DNA of 64,000 nucleotides from Minisyncoccota bacterium (GCA_028690055.1 JAQVBZ010000003.1:7779-71778); one strand, 5' to 3'; shown: positions 19,346 to 32,073, numbered from the stretch's first letter. Program-made: numbers and translations. The notes: generated by a model not told the origin, from the letters alone.

Positions 19346-19930
19346 CTAAACATACGAAGTTTTTCCAAACACCTCTTTAAGTGATTTGTACCGGTCTTCG
19401 GCTCCCGCTTTTACCTCCCCAAAGAATATCCTCTTATTAAAATCACGCTCTATTTTCTCATTCACCCATTCGATAAATTCCCTATAGGCTTTCCCCGCGG
19501 GGATATGTTTCCAAGCAAACTGGATATAAAAATCAGTATTCAAATGAGCCAAAGCATCCGCAGTCGCCAAAACTTTTCCCTCTATGGTCCGAGGTAAATT
19601 TTCGCCCCTACATGAATGAGGCTCAATGATTACCGCCAGGACTTCTTGGATCTCTTCGTTCGAATATCCCGACTCTTTTAAGACCTTGATTGTTTCCGCC
19701 TTGGAAACTTCTTCGAATCCTTGGGCATGCCTGTCGATGAACACATCTCCAAAATCGTGTAGCCAAGCCCCGGCCACAGCTAAATCTTCATTGGCACCAA
19801 ACTCTTTAGAAAGTTTTTCCGCGTTTTTAGCCACGAACTGAACATGATTTTGCCATGACCATTGAGCAAAATCCTCTTTTGAGGAGACATAAGCACTCTC
19901 AACTAACCGAGCAACTCTGTAATGTTTCAT
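19346..19930 (-). CDS. HD-domain phosphohydrolase
   Basis: H...AWLHDFG...H...ATADALAH motif pattern. Confidence 0.85.
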   Translation of the reverse strand: MKHYRVARLVESAYVSSKEDFAQWSWQNHVQFVAKNAEKLSKEFGANEDLAVAGAWLHDFGDVFIDRHAQGFEEVSKAETIKVLKESGYSNEEIQEVLAVIIEPHSCRGENLPRTIEGKVLATADALAHLNTDFYIQFAWKHIPAGKAYREFIEWVNEKIERDFNKRIFFGEVKAGAEDRYKSLKEVFGKTSYV

Positions 19931-19983
19931 TAAACTTATATAGTTAATTATGAACTTTTAAAAGATTATTAGATAAAACTCTG

Positions 19984-20054
19984 AGCGGATAACGGGAGTC
20001 GAACCCGTCTCTCAACCTTGGGAAGGTCGCATAATACCGATATACTATATCCGC
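19984..20054 (-). tRNA. tRNA-Gly(CCC)
   Basis: Acceptor GCGGATA/TATCCGC, anticodon loop TTCCCAA, T-loop TTCGACT. Confidence 0.92.
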
Positions 20055-20113
20055 AAATATTTCACCGCACGTTGCCATTATACCCGCCCTTTCGCCGATT
20101 TGCAAGTTAGAGC

Positions 20114-20524
20114 CTATATTTCCTCTCTACTGGCAAAGAAATAATTCCACCATTTTGTCCGATTGGGAATACTGGCTTCCCTTGCCTCTTCATCAGCCTG
20201 AACTTCCTCCACGCTTTTATCTTTTTCCTTTATCATCAATACTTGTTCGCCCTCGGCCTTCAGATTGAGTCTCTTGCGCGCCTCCGCCTCCTTATATTGA
20301 TCGGTCTTGTAATATTCAAGAAGCTGCGAGAGATCATAATTGTCTTTCTCCATGGAACCTATCTCCGCTTTAAGCACGTCGATTTCTTTTTTGATTTTGT
20401 ATTCACGATAAAGCTCCTTACTGAGCGCCGACCCTAGGCACAAAACAACCACCACGACAATCAACGCCGCCGCTTGGAACGTGACCTTCTTGGAAGAACT
20501 TCTTTTTTTGTTGATTCCTACCAT
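20114..20524 (-). CDS. septum formation initiator family protein (FtsB/DivIC-like)
   Basis: TM helix, coiled coil, E.EARKRLNLKAEGE motif. Confidence 0.8.
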   Translation of the reverse strand: MVGINKKRSSSKKVTFQAAALIVVVVVLCLGSALSKELYREYKIKKEIDVLKAEIGSMEKDNYDLSQLLEYYKTDQYKEAEARKRLNLKAEGEQVLMIKEKDKSVEEVQADEEAREASIPNRTKWWNYFFASREEI

Positions 20525-20691
20525 TGTCTTTTGTGCTTTTATATTTATATATTTTTCAAGGACACGCGATCGGACCGAGTCTGACGTAAATTTTCGTGGA
20601 CTTCGGACAAAATCAATGATAAAATAATATCAGGGTAAATCTCACCAAAATAGATTTCGTCCCACTTTTACCTATAATCAAGCTACTCTAT

Positions 20692-20805
20692 ATGAAGAAA
20701 AAGAAAATCTTTGAAACCCTCAAGTTTTTTGCCGTTTTGTTAGTAGGAATAAGTGTCATTGTGTCGCTATTCGCGCCATTCATACTCAGCTACTCACAGA
20801 AGTAA
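20692..20805 (+). CDS. 37-aa single-TM microprotein (not in ORF track)
   Basis: MKKKKIFETLKFFAVLLVGISVIVSLFAPFILSYSQK*; TATAAT at 20673-20678. Confidence 0.6.
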   Translation: MKKKKIFETLKFFAVLLVGISVIVSLFAPFILSYSQK

Positions 20806-21099
20806 TATACCATATTTTCTTAGAAAAGGTAATCATTCTGCCACGGGTTTCTGCCGGTCCAATCGTTTCGATTGAACCTTTTGTTTTGATTGCAAGAATA
20901 TCCTAAACAACCACATCAATAATGCCATTACGAGATGTAGGGGCACAATATTTTGTGCCCTTTTCGATATGACAATTTTTCTAACGTAATCCACAAAACG
21001 TAAGATAATATCTATTCTGCATAGGTTCAGGATTGCCGCGTCGTCGCAAAGACCTCCTCCTTGCAATAGCAGAAACAGACAAGAACTATCCCGAATAAT

Positions 21100-21130
21100 A
21101 AAATCCCACTCCGGAAGGAGCGGGATTTTT
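21100..21130. terminator. intrinsic, probably bidirectional terminator after gyrB
   Basis: AAAATCCCACTCC-GGAA-GGAGCGGGATTTTT hairpin with A and T flanks. Confidence 0.75.
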
Positions 21131-21145
21131 ATCAAAAGACTCTTA

Positions 21146-23206
<2,061 letters not shown>

Positions 23207-23444
23207 TTACTAAAATAACGCTTAAAATCCACAAATAAAACCATAAACTAGCTGGTAGTTTATGGTTATATTGTAGCAGACTTCGGCTTTTTCTTCAATA
23301 GCTGGGGGATTTTTAATTATATTCAGATCAAGCCACCTCTCACACACCTTGTTATTCCCGCCCTTGCTCCAATAAGATAAACTCCGAAGAAAATCCAGGG
23401 TAAGAATACCAGACAAGACAGTTGATCCCAATACCCACGGAGCC

Positions 23445-25814
23445 TTATTTCCTGATTTCCCCGCCAAGATTCTTAAGCGTTTCGATAATCTTATCCATGA
23501 TAGCTTTGATTTCACTGTCACCGAGAGTCTTATCTTCCGCCTGACAAACCACCTTGAAAGCGACGCTCTTTTTATCCGCATCGATATTTTCGCCCTCATA
23601 AACATCGAAAGGAATAACCCTTATGATATTCTTATCGCCCAAGCCGAAAACTGAGTCGGCTATTCTCTGCCATTCCAGAGACTTATCAACCACTACCGCC
23701 AAATCGAATTCACTTTCCGGCAGCTTGTTTATACCTTTGAAAACTCCGCCCTCCTTCCGTAGCGATGCTAAGTCTTCTTCATAAACTTCAAAACCAAAAA
23801 CCCTGACCTCCATATCCAGCTTTGATAAAATCTGCGGATGAATGACTCCCATTTTCCCGACAGGCTTGCCGTCTATGATTATGACAGCCGATTGTCCGCC
23901 GTGCCACAATTTTCCCGCTTCGGACATCGCTTCATATTTCACACCTTCAAAACCAAGATTTTCCAAAAATGCTTCTACCTTGCCCTTGCCGATAGAAAAA
24001 AGCTTATCTTTGTCGATATTTTTTGATGATAAAACGCCGCTCAGATATTTCTTCTCCAAAGGAAGCCCATCCTCCCGCTTGAAGGCCACCCGTCCCGACT
24101 CGAATATCCGCACCTCGTCACGATATTTTAGATTCTCTTCCACATTCTTCAGAAGTCTCGGCAGTAAGCTGGTCCGGAAAAACTTGGCATCTTCACTCAG
24201 ATAGTTCTTAAGCTCCAAACATCCGCCATCACCGAGGTCAAAAATCTCTATATCTTTTTCACCGATAAGCGAATAGTTGTATACTTCAAGAAATCCCAAG
24301 CCTTTCCAGATAGAATTTATTTCCCTTTCCATTTTCCACATCAGGTCCTGACAAACTTGTTTCATCTCCACCTGTGCCGATTGTGCGCCGATGTTATCAT
24401 AGCCATATATCCTCGCAATCTCTTCGATTACATCATTCACTTTTTCAATATCGATTCTGAAAGTCGGCACAATCACTTTGATCATATCGCCTTCACTTAC
24501 TGCGCGCAATCCAAGCGAATTCAAAATCGTCAGCGCTTTTTCTTCTTCGATTTTAATACCGAGCAAATTTTCTACTCTTGAATATTCCAATTCGATCTCT
24601 TTTTCTTTCCGAGGCTCGAAATAGACATCGATCAAATCTTCATTAATTTTACCACCGGCAATTTCCGTGACGAGCTTCATCGCCTCTTGCAGACACATCA
24701 TCGTAATTTCCGGATCGATTTCTCTCTCGAAGCGGTGCGAAAAATCGGTAAACACTTTCAGTCTTTGCGCCGTCTTACGGACCCCCGTACCGAAGAAATT
24801 CGCTGATTCAAAAATGATATTCTTAGTCGATTCCGTGACCGAAGTTTCTTTTCCTCCGATTACACCCGCTACCGCAATAGGTTTTTCCGCGTCACAGATC
24901 ACGAGATCATTCTCCGTAAGCTCGTATTCCTTATCATCCAGCGCCAAAATCTTTTCGCCCTTTTGCGCAAGCCTCACCACGATTTTGCCGTTTAATTTAT
25001 CCGCGTCAAAAGCGTGCATCGGTTGACCGAAAGAAAACATAATATAATTGGTAATATCGACGATATTATTGATAGGTCGGAGCTCCACGCTCTCCAATCG
25101 AGCCTTTATGGAATCCGGAGACTCTTTGACAGTTACATCGTTCACGACCACCGCACTATATCTGCGGCACAATTCTTTTTCCAAAACCTCAACTTCCAAA
25201 ACGGCATTTTTATTTTTCTTCTCAATCAGACATTTCGTGCTAAACCTCTTTAATTCCTGCCCTGTAAGTGCTGCCGTTTCCCTCGCTACGCCTAAATGGC
25301 AAAGACAATCATGCGCACGATTAGGCAAGATATCAACTTCAAAAACGGTATCATCCAACTTCAAAGCCTCCTTGATCGGCGTGCCAATTTTCAAATCCGC
25401 AGATAATACCATAATTCCATCATGGCTTTTTCCGAGACCCAACTCATCTTCCGCACAAATCATCCCACAAGACTTCTCCCCGCGCACTTTCCTTTCCTCG
25501 ATTTTCATTCCATTAGGAAGCTCAGCGCCGACCAAAGCCACCGCCACTTTCTGCCCGACTTCAACATTAGGCGCACCGCAGACGATATCTAAGATTTCAC
25601 TTTCCGAGATTTTGACTTTGGTAACACTGAGCTTATCCGCATCCGGATGCTTCTCTTTAAAAACCACCTCGCCCACCACGACATTATCCAGCCCTTCGCC
25701 CAGCTTAATGATATTCTCCACCTCAAAAGAATGCCGGGTCAAAAGTTCCGCCAATTCTTCCGGCGTCTTATCGATTGCAACGAAGTCTTGAAGCCATTTA
25801 TATGATATTTTCAT
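23445..25814 (-). CDS. pheT: phenylalanine--tRNA ligase beta subunit
   Basis: HPDADKL, IVCGAPNV, PNRAHD, NNIVDITNY, RFER, C-terminal FDX-ACB domain. Confidence 0.96.
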   Translation of the reverse strand: MKISYKWLQDFVAIDKTPEELAELLTRHSFEVENIIKLGEGLDNVVVGEVVFKEKHPDADKLSVTKVKISESEILDIVCGAPNVEVGQKVAVALVGAELPNGMKIEERKVRGEKSCGMICAEDELGLGKSHDGIMVLSADLKIGTPIKEALKLDDTVFEVDILPNRAHDCLCHLGVARETAALTGQELKRFSTKCLIEKKNKNAVLEVEVLEKELCRRYSAVVVNDVTVKESPDSIKARLESVELRPINNIVDITNYIMFSFGQPMHAFDADKLNGKIVVRLAQKGEKILALDDKEYELTENDLVICDAEKPIAVAGVIGGKETSVTESTKNIIFESANFFGTGVRKTAQRLKVFTDFSHRFEREIDPEITMMCLQEAMKLVTEIAGGKINEDLIDVYFEPRKEKEIELEYSRVENLLGIKIEEEKALTILNSLGLRAVSEGDMIKVIVPTFRIDIEKVNDVIEEIARIYGYDNIGAQSAQVEMKQVCQDLMWKMEREINSIWKGLGFLEVYNYSLIGEKDIEIFDLGDGGCLELKNYLSEDAKFFRTSLLPRLLKNVEENLKYRDEVRIFESGRVAFKREDGLPLEKKYLSGVLSSKNIDKDKLFSIGKGKVEAFLENLGFEGVKYEAMSEAGKLWHGGQSAVIIIDGKPVGKMGVIHPQILSKLDMEVRVFGFEVYEEDLASLRKEGGVFKGINKLPESEFDLAVVVDKSLEWQRIADSVFGLGDKNIIRVIPFDVYEGENIDADKKSVAFKVVCQAEDKTLGDSEIKAIMDKIIETLKNLGGEIRK

Positions 25815-25839
25815 TTTGGTTGGTTATTCTTATTAATAT

Positions 25840-25868
25840 TTGACAACTTGATAGGTTAAATGTATATT
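25840..25868 (+). promoter_or_regulatory. sigma70-type promoter of the solo gene between pheS and pheT
   Basis: TTGACA-N17-TATATT. Confidence 0.65.
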
Positions 25869-25908
25869 CTATATTAACATAACAAAAAAAGATTCAGAGG
25901 TGATAAGA

Positions 25909-26322
25909 GTGGAAGAAACGATGAAAGAGATATACTGTTATGAATCCATACAGAATGAAAAGGGAGAATTTAACAGTTCTTTCACGGGTCAGCTTCCTGA
26001 TTTCATAGAAGAAAAATACCCAATAAGAAAGTTTGAGGAACAAGTAGAAAAGTTTACTGTGGTAATACACCATTCTGAGGGGCAAACCGCAGTCGATTTG
26101 CTGAGATGCCGCGTAGACAAATTGACTATCTTCGGCAATCAGATGATAATGGCTTACCGGAATGAAGGTCTACAGTGTTATAAGATCTTTCAGAGATACC
26201 TCCTGCACGGACGACAAGCTGATATAACTATCGGACATGTCCACGAGTTTATCCTGATGGATAACCTGCTCTTCATACGGGAGATAACCAAATCGACCGC
26301 TGATGCCAAATATGTAGATTGA
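25909..26322 (+). CDS. hypothetical protein inserted antisense between pheS and pheT
   Basis: ORF with GAGGTG SD 6 nt before GTG 25909, its own promoter and a T-rich end. Confidence 0.7.
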   Translation: MEETMKEIYCYESIQNEKGEFNSSFTGQLPDFIEEKYPIRKFEEQVEKFTVVIHHSEGQTAVDLLRCRVDKLTIFGNQMIMAYRNEGLQCYKIFQRYLLHGRQADITIGHVHEFILMDNLLFIREITKSTADAKYVD

Positions 26323-26419
26323 ACAAAAACAGAATGGTGAGAAAAAACCACAAAAAACATTTTTTCAAACAGAAGGTTGATCTTTTAAATTTTAACTTTC
26401 TTTTTTTGTTTTCAAAAAA

Positions 26420-26685
<266 letters not shown>

Positions 26686-26721
26686 ATCGATCATTCCCGT
26701 ATAAATCAAATTTTCAAAAAA

Positions 26722-27747
26722 CTAAAACTGCTCCAAAAATCTCAAATCGTTTCCATAAAATAATCTCAAATCGTTCACTCCGGTCTTGATCATAGCGATA
26801 CGCTCCAACCCCACTCCGAAAGCAAAGCCTTCGTATTTTCCTTCCTCAAATCCCACTGAGGTAAACACCTTCTGATTGACCATCCCCGCGCCCAAGATTT
26901 CAATCCATCCCGTCTGCTTGCAGATACGGCATCCTTTGCCGCCGCAATATGGACAAGCAACATCAATTTCAAATCCCGGCTCCACGAATGGGAAGTAGCT
27001 GGGACGGAGTCTTATCTCTAATTCTTTCCCGAAAAGTCCTTTCATAAATTCCGCCATCACTGACTTGAAATTTGCCACCGTGAGTTTGCCGCTCTCATCC
27101 ACCATCAGACCTTCAACCTGATGGAAATTCGATTCGTGTGTCGCATCCGCGTTTTCAAAACGGAAAGTTCTGCCTGGCACAATAATACGAAACGGCGGTT
27201 TGTTTTCTTCCATAAAACGGACCTGCATCGGCGAAGTGTGAGTGCGCAAAAGATTGCCATCCGTAAACCAAAAGGTGTCCCACATATCCCGCGCTGGATG
27301 ATTTGATGGAATATTAAGCGCGTCGAAATTATGGAACTCGTCTTCAACTTCCCTACCATCGGCAACCAAAAAACCCATCGAGCGAAAAATATCCTCGACT
27401 TCATAGCGAGTCTTAGTGAGAGGATGGATGTGTCCCACCGCAGGTTTTTCACCCGGATAAGTGACATCCACTTTTTCTTTCGTGTCGAGCTCGGCGAATT
27501 CTTTCTCTTTCATTTCCGTTTCCTTCGTCGCAAGAGCCGATTCGATTTCATTTTTTGCAATGTTGGAAATTTGTCCGATCTCTTTTTTCTCTTCCACGGA
27601 CATATCCTTGAGCCCCTTCAGGACTTCCGTAAGCTCGCTCTTGCGCCCCAGATATTTCACCCGCACTTCTTCCAACGCCTCAGCGCTTTCCGCTGCGGTA
27701 ATTTCCGTCAAGGCGGTATTTTTTATATTTTCGATTTTATCTTTCAT
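26722..27747 (-). CDS. pheS: phenylalanine--tRNA ligase alpha subunit
   Basis: [46 protein letters not shown]. Confidence 0.97.
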   Translation of the reverse strand: MKDKIENIKNTALTEITAAESAEALEEVRVKYLGRKSELTEVLKGLKDMSVEEKKEIGQISNIAKNEIESALATKETEMKEKEFAELDTKEKVDVTYPGEKPAVGHIHPLTKTRYEVEDIFRSMGFLVADGREVEDEFHNFDALNIPSNHPARDMWDTFWFTDGNLLRTHTSPMQVRFMEENKPPFRIIVPGRTFRFENADATHESNFHQVEGLMVDESGKLTVANFKSVMAEFMKGLFGKELEIRLRPSYFPFVEPGFEIDVACPYCGGKGCRICKQTGWIEILGAGMVNQKVFTSVGFEEGKYEGFAFGVGLERIAMIKTGVNDLRLFYGNDLRFLEQF

Positions 27748-27778
27748 ATGATTAGATTATTTTATTTACTATAGTACC

Positions 27779-27865
27779 TGTCATCCTGAGGTACTCCGAA
27801 GGATTCCGTTATATTCCGCATAGCGTCGGGATTCTTCACTTCGCATCCGCTCCGTTCAGAATGAC
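27779..27865. repeat. GTCA-family palindromic element
   Basis: TGTCATCCTGAGGTACTCCGAAGGATTCCG...GGGATTCTTC...TCAGAATGAC. Confidence 0.8.
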
Positions 27866-27873
27866 GCCATGGA

Positions 27874-28623
27874 CTATACCTCATTCGGCACATCCACAAA
27901 TTCCACTTCTATCTTAAATTTCTTCGCAACCATATTTCCCAGATTCCTGATTCCCTCTTTTTCCGTATTGTAATGTCCAGCGCTTATATAATTCATCCCT
28001 ACCTCTTCCACTTTGCGTACCACTTCTTCCCAAATATCTCCCGTCAAAAACACATCCGCTCCGGCCAGATACGCTTCTTCAAAATGCGGAGAGGCGCTGC
28101 CGGATATGATTGCCACTTTTTTTACCTTCTTTTTCCCTTCTGCCATTGCAAGACTATGAGTGCATAATTGCACTTCAACTTTTTTCTTGAATTTCTCAAA
28201 ATCCATCTCTTTTTCAAGTTCGCCGATAAATCCCAGACTAAACGGCTTATTCTTTACAAGGCCGAGCATCTTTGCCAAACTTATGTTATTCCCGATTGTC
28301 GGATGCGCATCCAACGGCAAGTGGTAACCCGCCAGATTGATATCGTTTTCCAAAAGCACTTTGACTCGGTTCTTTTGGACACCTTTCAAGCGAAAAGGAG
28401 CCGGAATGTCACTCTTAAAAAATCCGTGATGCACCATGATCATATCCGCCTGCTTTTCCATCGCCTTTTTGATAAGCGCCTTGCTGAGCGATACGCCAGT
28501 CACAATTTTCGAAATATCTTCCCTACCTTCGATTTGGAGACCGTTAAAACAGCCATCCTCGAAATCTTTTACTTTGAGATACTCGTCACAGAATTGGATT
28601 ATCTTGTCTCTTTTTACTGGCAT
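27874..28623 (-). CDS. Nif3-like dinuclear metal-center protein (YbgI family)
   Basis: NGLQIEG, VHHG, YHLPLDAH..IGNN, GHYNTE. Confidence 0.9.
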   Translation of the reverse strand: MPVKRDKIIQFCDEYLKVKDFEDGCFNGLQIEGREDISKIVTGVSLSKALIKKAMEKQADMIMVHHGFFKSDIPAPFRLKGVQKNRVKVLLENDINLAGYHLPLDAHPTIGNNISLAKMLGLVKNKPFSLGFIGELEKEMDFEKFKKKVEVQLCTHSLAMAEGKKKVKKVAIISGSASPHFEEAYLAGADVFLTGDIWEEVVRKVEEVGMNYISAGHYNTEKEGIRNLGNMVAKKFKIEVEFVDVPNEV

Positions 28624-28835
28624 AAGTTTAATATTTATTTCTTGCAATCTCCTTTGCTTCATTCCAAAATCCTTAACAGTAACGAATGCACAAAAACTCC
28701 ATCCCCTCCGATGGATTCTAAAGGCAACTTGATTCTATCAAAGTTTCTAGCATTTTTCAAGTAATTAAGGCTATATTTCAGATTATACGAAACAGATACA
28801 TATCAAGAAATACATCTTCCCCTTGTCGGTGATAC

Positions 28836-29207
28836 CTATCTTTTAACCAGAAAATAAAACTCCATCACCACCACGAACAATACGAAAAAGAATGCGCTAT
28901 AGATATCGAGCCTTCTTTCCCCCTGCAAAATCAGCAATCCCACAAAAGTCACCGCGAGAAACATCCCCTGTCGAAAAGCGATTTCTACCTGCTGAAACTC
29001 AATCTTGTCCTCGAAAATCCGCCGCCGCAGATAGAATCCTAAAAGCGAGAAAAGACTGGTCAAAGCGAAAAATAGTGTGAAGTAAAAAAGCAGAAAACCT
29101 CCGAGATGCGCGCTATCAGGACTAATGTTCTGCAACACCAAAAACCAAGCCGCAAAAGAAACGACTGTACTAAAAATCATTCCCCATAGGTAAGTTTTAA
29201 TAGTCAT
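28836..29207 (-). CDS. hypothetical 4-TM membrane protein
   Basis: Hydrophobic ORF with AFRQG motif; probable start MTIKTY. Confidence 0.75.
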   Translation of the reverse strand: MTIKTYLWGMIFSTVVSFAAWFLVLQNISPDSAHLGGFLLFYFTLFFALTSLFSLLGFYLRRRIFEDKIEFQQVEIAFRQGMFLAVTFVGLLILQGERRLDIYSAFFFVLFVVVMEFYFLVKR

Positions 29208-29335
29208 AGGTTCAAGATTATCCGCCTTATAATGATTACATTCTAACCCATTTACGCCCTTTACGCAAAACTTAACCACCCGCGCTTAAGACCTTTTGTT
29301 TCAGCCGAATTAAAATATAATAATCTTTTTTTATT

Positions 29336-29686
29336 TGTCATTCTGGAATTTCGTTACTGCGAAATATCCGGAATCCCGAGACTATGCAAGACAAATATTA
29401 TACTTCGGTCTTATAACTAAGCCTTACTGGCTTAGCAGTGGGATCTCTGATAACAGCTTCGCAAATTTCGGGATAACAGACTGTAAAAAAGTAAAAATGC
29501 AATAAATTTAATAAGCCAAAGATAAATCGGGGGGGAAGCACAGGTGTGTCGAAAGCTTTTATCTATGTCATTCTAAAAGCAGCCCAAGCTTAATATACCC
29601 TCATCTGAATGGTATATTACAGCAATAATTTATCATTTAAGACTGATAAAGTTCAAGGGATTCCTCCGCTTCGCTGCGGAATGACA
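29336..29686. repeat. composite GTCA-type palindrome cluster
   Basis: TGTCATTCTGGAATTTCGTTACTGCGAAATATCCGGAATC (inverted copy at 63062-63101) and GGGATTCCTCCGCTTCGCTGCGGAATGACA (copy near 63251). Confidence 0.75.
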
Positions 29687-29820
29687 AAACGATGGATTTA
29701 CAGCAATAAATAAAGTTTTGACGAAATGATGTTAAAATCTCGAAATTCACATTACCACCCCTTGCCTTCTTTCTTTTTTTCATATATACTCTACCTATCC
29801 TCATAAAAGGATATTTTTAT

Positions 29821-29892
29821 CGCGGGGTAGAGCAGCGGCAGCTCGCGAGGCCCATAACCTCGAGGACGGGGGTTCGAATCCCTCCCCCGCAA
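29821..29892 (+). tRNA. initiator tRNA-fMet(CAT)
   Basis: Acceptor CGCGGGG/CCCCGCA with C1.A72 mismatch; anticodon CAT. Confidence 0.9.
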
Positions 29893-30026
29893 CAACCAAA
29901 CGAAAGCACGCCTGATAAGGTGTGTTTTTGTTTGGTTGTTTAAAAATTGATATTCGAAGTTTATGCCCCGGAATCTTGCGCTGCGGGAGCAGGTTTAAAC
30001 CTGCTCCTGCTACTCCATTTTTTAAT

Positions 30027-30060
30027 TTGACAATCTTTATACTATGTCTATAATAGTATA
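30027..30060 (+). promoter_or_regulatory. padR promoter with overlapping palindromic operator
   Basis: TTGACA-N16-TATAAT; TATACTAT-N7-ATAGTATA inverted repeat at 30038-30060. Confidence 0.65.
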
Positions 30061-30094
30061 TAAAGAATAACATATTATTTTTAATAGCAAACAT

Positions 30095-30445
30095 ATGGAT
30101 TCATCACAAGAGATGACACGCGGCGCCATCGAACTTGTCGTGCTACAGACACTCTCCAACTACGGAGACAACTACGGCTATGAGCTTATCAAGATCATCG
30201 CGCAAAAAAGTGAGAGTATTTTTGAATTCAAAGAAGGAACACTTTATCCTTTGCTTTATCGTCTGGAGGAAAAGAAACTGGTAAAGAGCTATCGCCAAGT
30301 CGCCGAGAGCGGCAAAGAGAGAAGATTCTATCACATCACTGCCGCCGGAGAGAAAAAGTTGGCAAGCAAAAAATCAGAATTTGAGACTTTCCTCGCGGGG
30401 ATGGACGCAATCCTCAAGCCTAATCATTTAAGCTTGGAGAGATGA
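30095..30445 (+). CDS. PadR family transcriptional regulator
   Basis: YGYELI, EGTLYPLLYRLE, RRFYHITAAG. Confidence 0.92.
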   Translation: MDSSQEMTRGAIELVVLQTLSNYGDNYGYELIKIIAQKSESIFEFKEGTLYPLLYRLEEKKLVKSYRQVAESGKERRFYHITAAGEKKLASKKSEFETFLAGMDAILKPNHLSLER

Positions 30446-32073
30446 AGAACCGAACAATCCATAAACAATATGTGGACGACATAATCCGGGAGCTTCCCAT
30501 ATCCGAATACACCTCGCGATTTTGCGAGGAGCTTTTGGAGCACTTGGAAGACTGCGAGGAAGATTTCAATGATCAACCAGGGGCTGATAGTCCGAAACAA
30601 ACTGTGCGAAAAATCGGAGACAAAGATTTGATTATCCGAACCTACAAAGAATTTCACCGCGAACGTCACTCCAAACTCCGGCGGCTGGAACTCTCTTTTT
30701 ATGTCATATTTTCCTGGCTGATATTTTTTATTACCTCGACGATACCTAACTATTTAGAATCGACTTATCTCTACTCCGATCACCCCGCCCCCTTGTTTTC
30801 TGGCATCATGATTTTTTGTGCCGCCATCTTCTGTACTCTGGCTATTAATTATACCTTCTATAATTTTCTATCCGTCCGTCTATCCCTCCACTCGGAAAGT
30901 GACGATCGCAAGCAAAAATTGCTGGTCATATTCTTTTTTCTGCCAGCGATAAGCGCGCTGGTGAATCTTATGACTGCCTTCTCCGCCCCAGGGCAAGCTC
31001 AGCTCTGGGGAATATTGATTGCGCCCCTGCCCTTCCTCAGCGCCTTCCTGCCGGCGCTGATTAATTTTAAGATTATTTGCAAAAACAAAAAAAACGTCGG
31101 ACTCGACGCCACTCTACCATATCTGACTCTAACCGTTTTTTTGGTTTTTCTGCTTTTGGTCGCCGCCACAGACAAGATACTGTTTTTAGAAACACTGTCA
31201 CCCCTGCAAGCGATAGTCAATATTTTTTACATATTCCATTTCATATTATTTATCCTTATCGATGTCATAGTCGACTTGCCCTTTTTCGCACTCTTTCCTA
31301 TGGATAATTCCAATTCCGCCTCTTATGTGGTACCCGTACAAATGGTGAGCGTCAACATCGCCATCGCCGCCGCATACGTTATGTCGCTGGGAGCAATAGG
31401 TGTTTTAGCACTTCGCTCCGCGCGCAAGCAAAAAAATCTTGCAGAAAAAAGATGGAATAGAGCTGTCGGATTGATACTCTGCGCTTATGCCATATTTATG
31501 TTTCTGCCAATAAAATCCATAGACACACCGGCAATCAACTGGAATGTACCGGCGAAAGAAATTTCCAAACAAATTGAAAAGAAACAGTTCGGAATCTTTT
31601 ACAGTTTCATCAAATTCAAAAACGATGATGAGGGGTATGTTTACAATTATGACACTTGCAGCACCGAGAACGGCTTTATCGCCAAGCAAAGTTCAGGACA
31701 GATTTTCTACTTCGACGTGACGGGAGCTTCATCGATCAGAGAGGTAAAGACGGTGCGGATGGAGAAGCAAAAGGGGAAAGAATATTGTGCACAGATCCCG
31801 ACAAAAGGATATGACGCCGAAAGCCTTTTCTTTTTCCAAGAAGGATGGAAGTGTCTGGATAAAGAGGATACCCCTCTTCCCATGGGCAGGCTCGAAGGTT
31901 GCGCAAAAATCACTTACGCGGACCGCGAGATATTTAAGGAAACCTATGAACATTCTACGAGCGAGATCCAGTCCATCGAGATGAGTGCCGACGGAAACTG
32001 GGCGCTGATCAAGATGGCTGACGTTTACAGCGTAGATTTCTTGTACCTGGCAGATTTGCGAGAACCGAAATAA
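30442..32073 (+). CDS. multi-TM protein with N-terminal HAAS/permease-prefix-like domain
   Basis: YVDDII.ELP...EELLEHLED...IGD; ATGA overlap with padR; paralog of the next gene. Confidence 0.75.
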   Translation: MKNRTIHKQYVDDIIRELPISEYTSRFCEELLEHLEDCEEDFNDQPGADSPKQTVRKIGDKDLIIRTYKEFHRERHSKLRRLELSFYVIFSWLIFFITSTIPNYLESTYLYSDHPAPLFSGIMIFCAAIFCTLAINYTFYNFLSVRLSLHSESDDRKQKLLVIFFFLPAISALVNLMTAFSAPGQAQLWGILIAPLPFLSAFLPALINFKIICKNKKNVGLDATLPYLTLTVFLVFLLLVAATDKILFLETLSPLQAIVNIFYIFHFILFILIDVIVDLPFFALFPMDNSNSASYVVPVQMVSVNIAIAAAYVMSLGAIGVLALRSARKQKNLAEKRWNRAVGLILCAYAIFMFLPIKSIDTPAINWNVPAKEISKQIEKKQFGIFYSFIKFKNDDEGYVYNYDTCSTENGFIAKQSSGQIFYFDVTGASSIREVKTVRMEKQKGKEYCAQIPTKGYDAESLFFFQEGWKCLDKEDTPLPMGRLEGCAKITYADREIFKETYEHSTSEIQSIEMSADGNWALIKMADVYSVDFLYLADLREPK

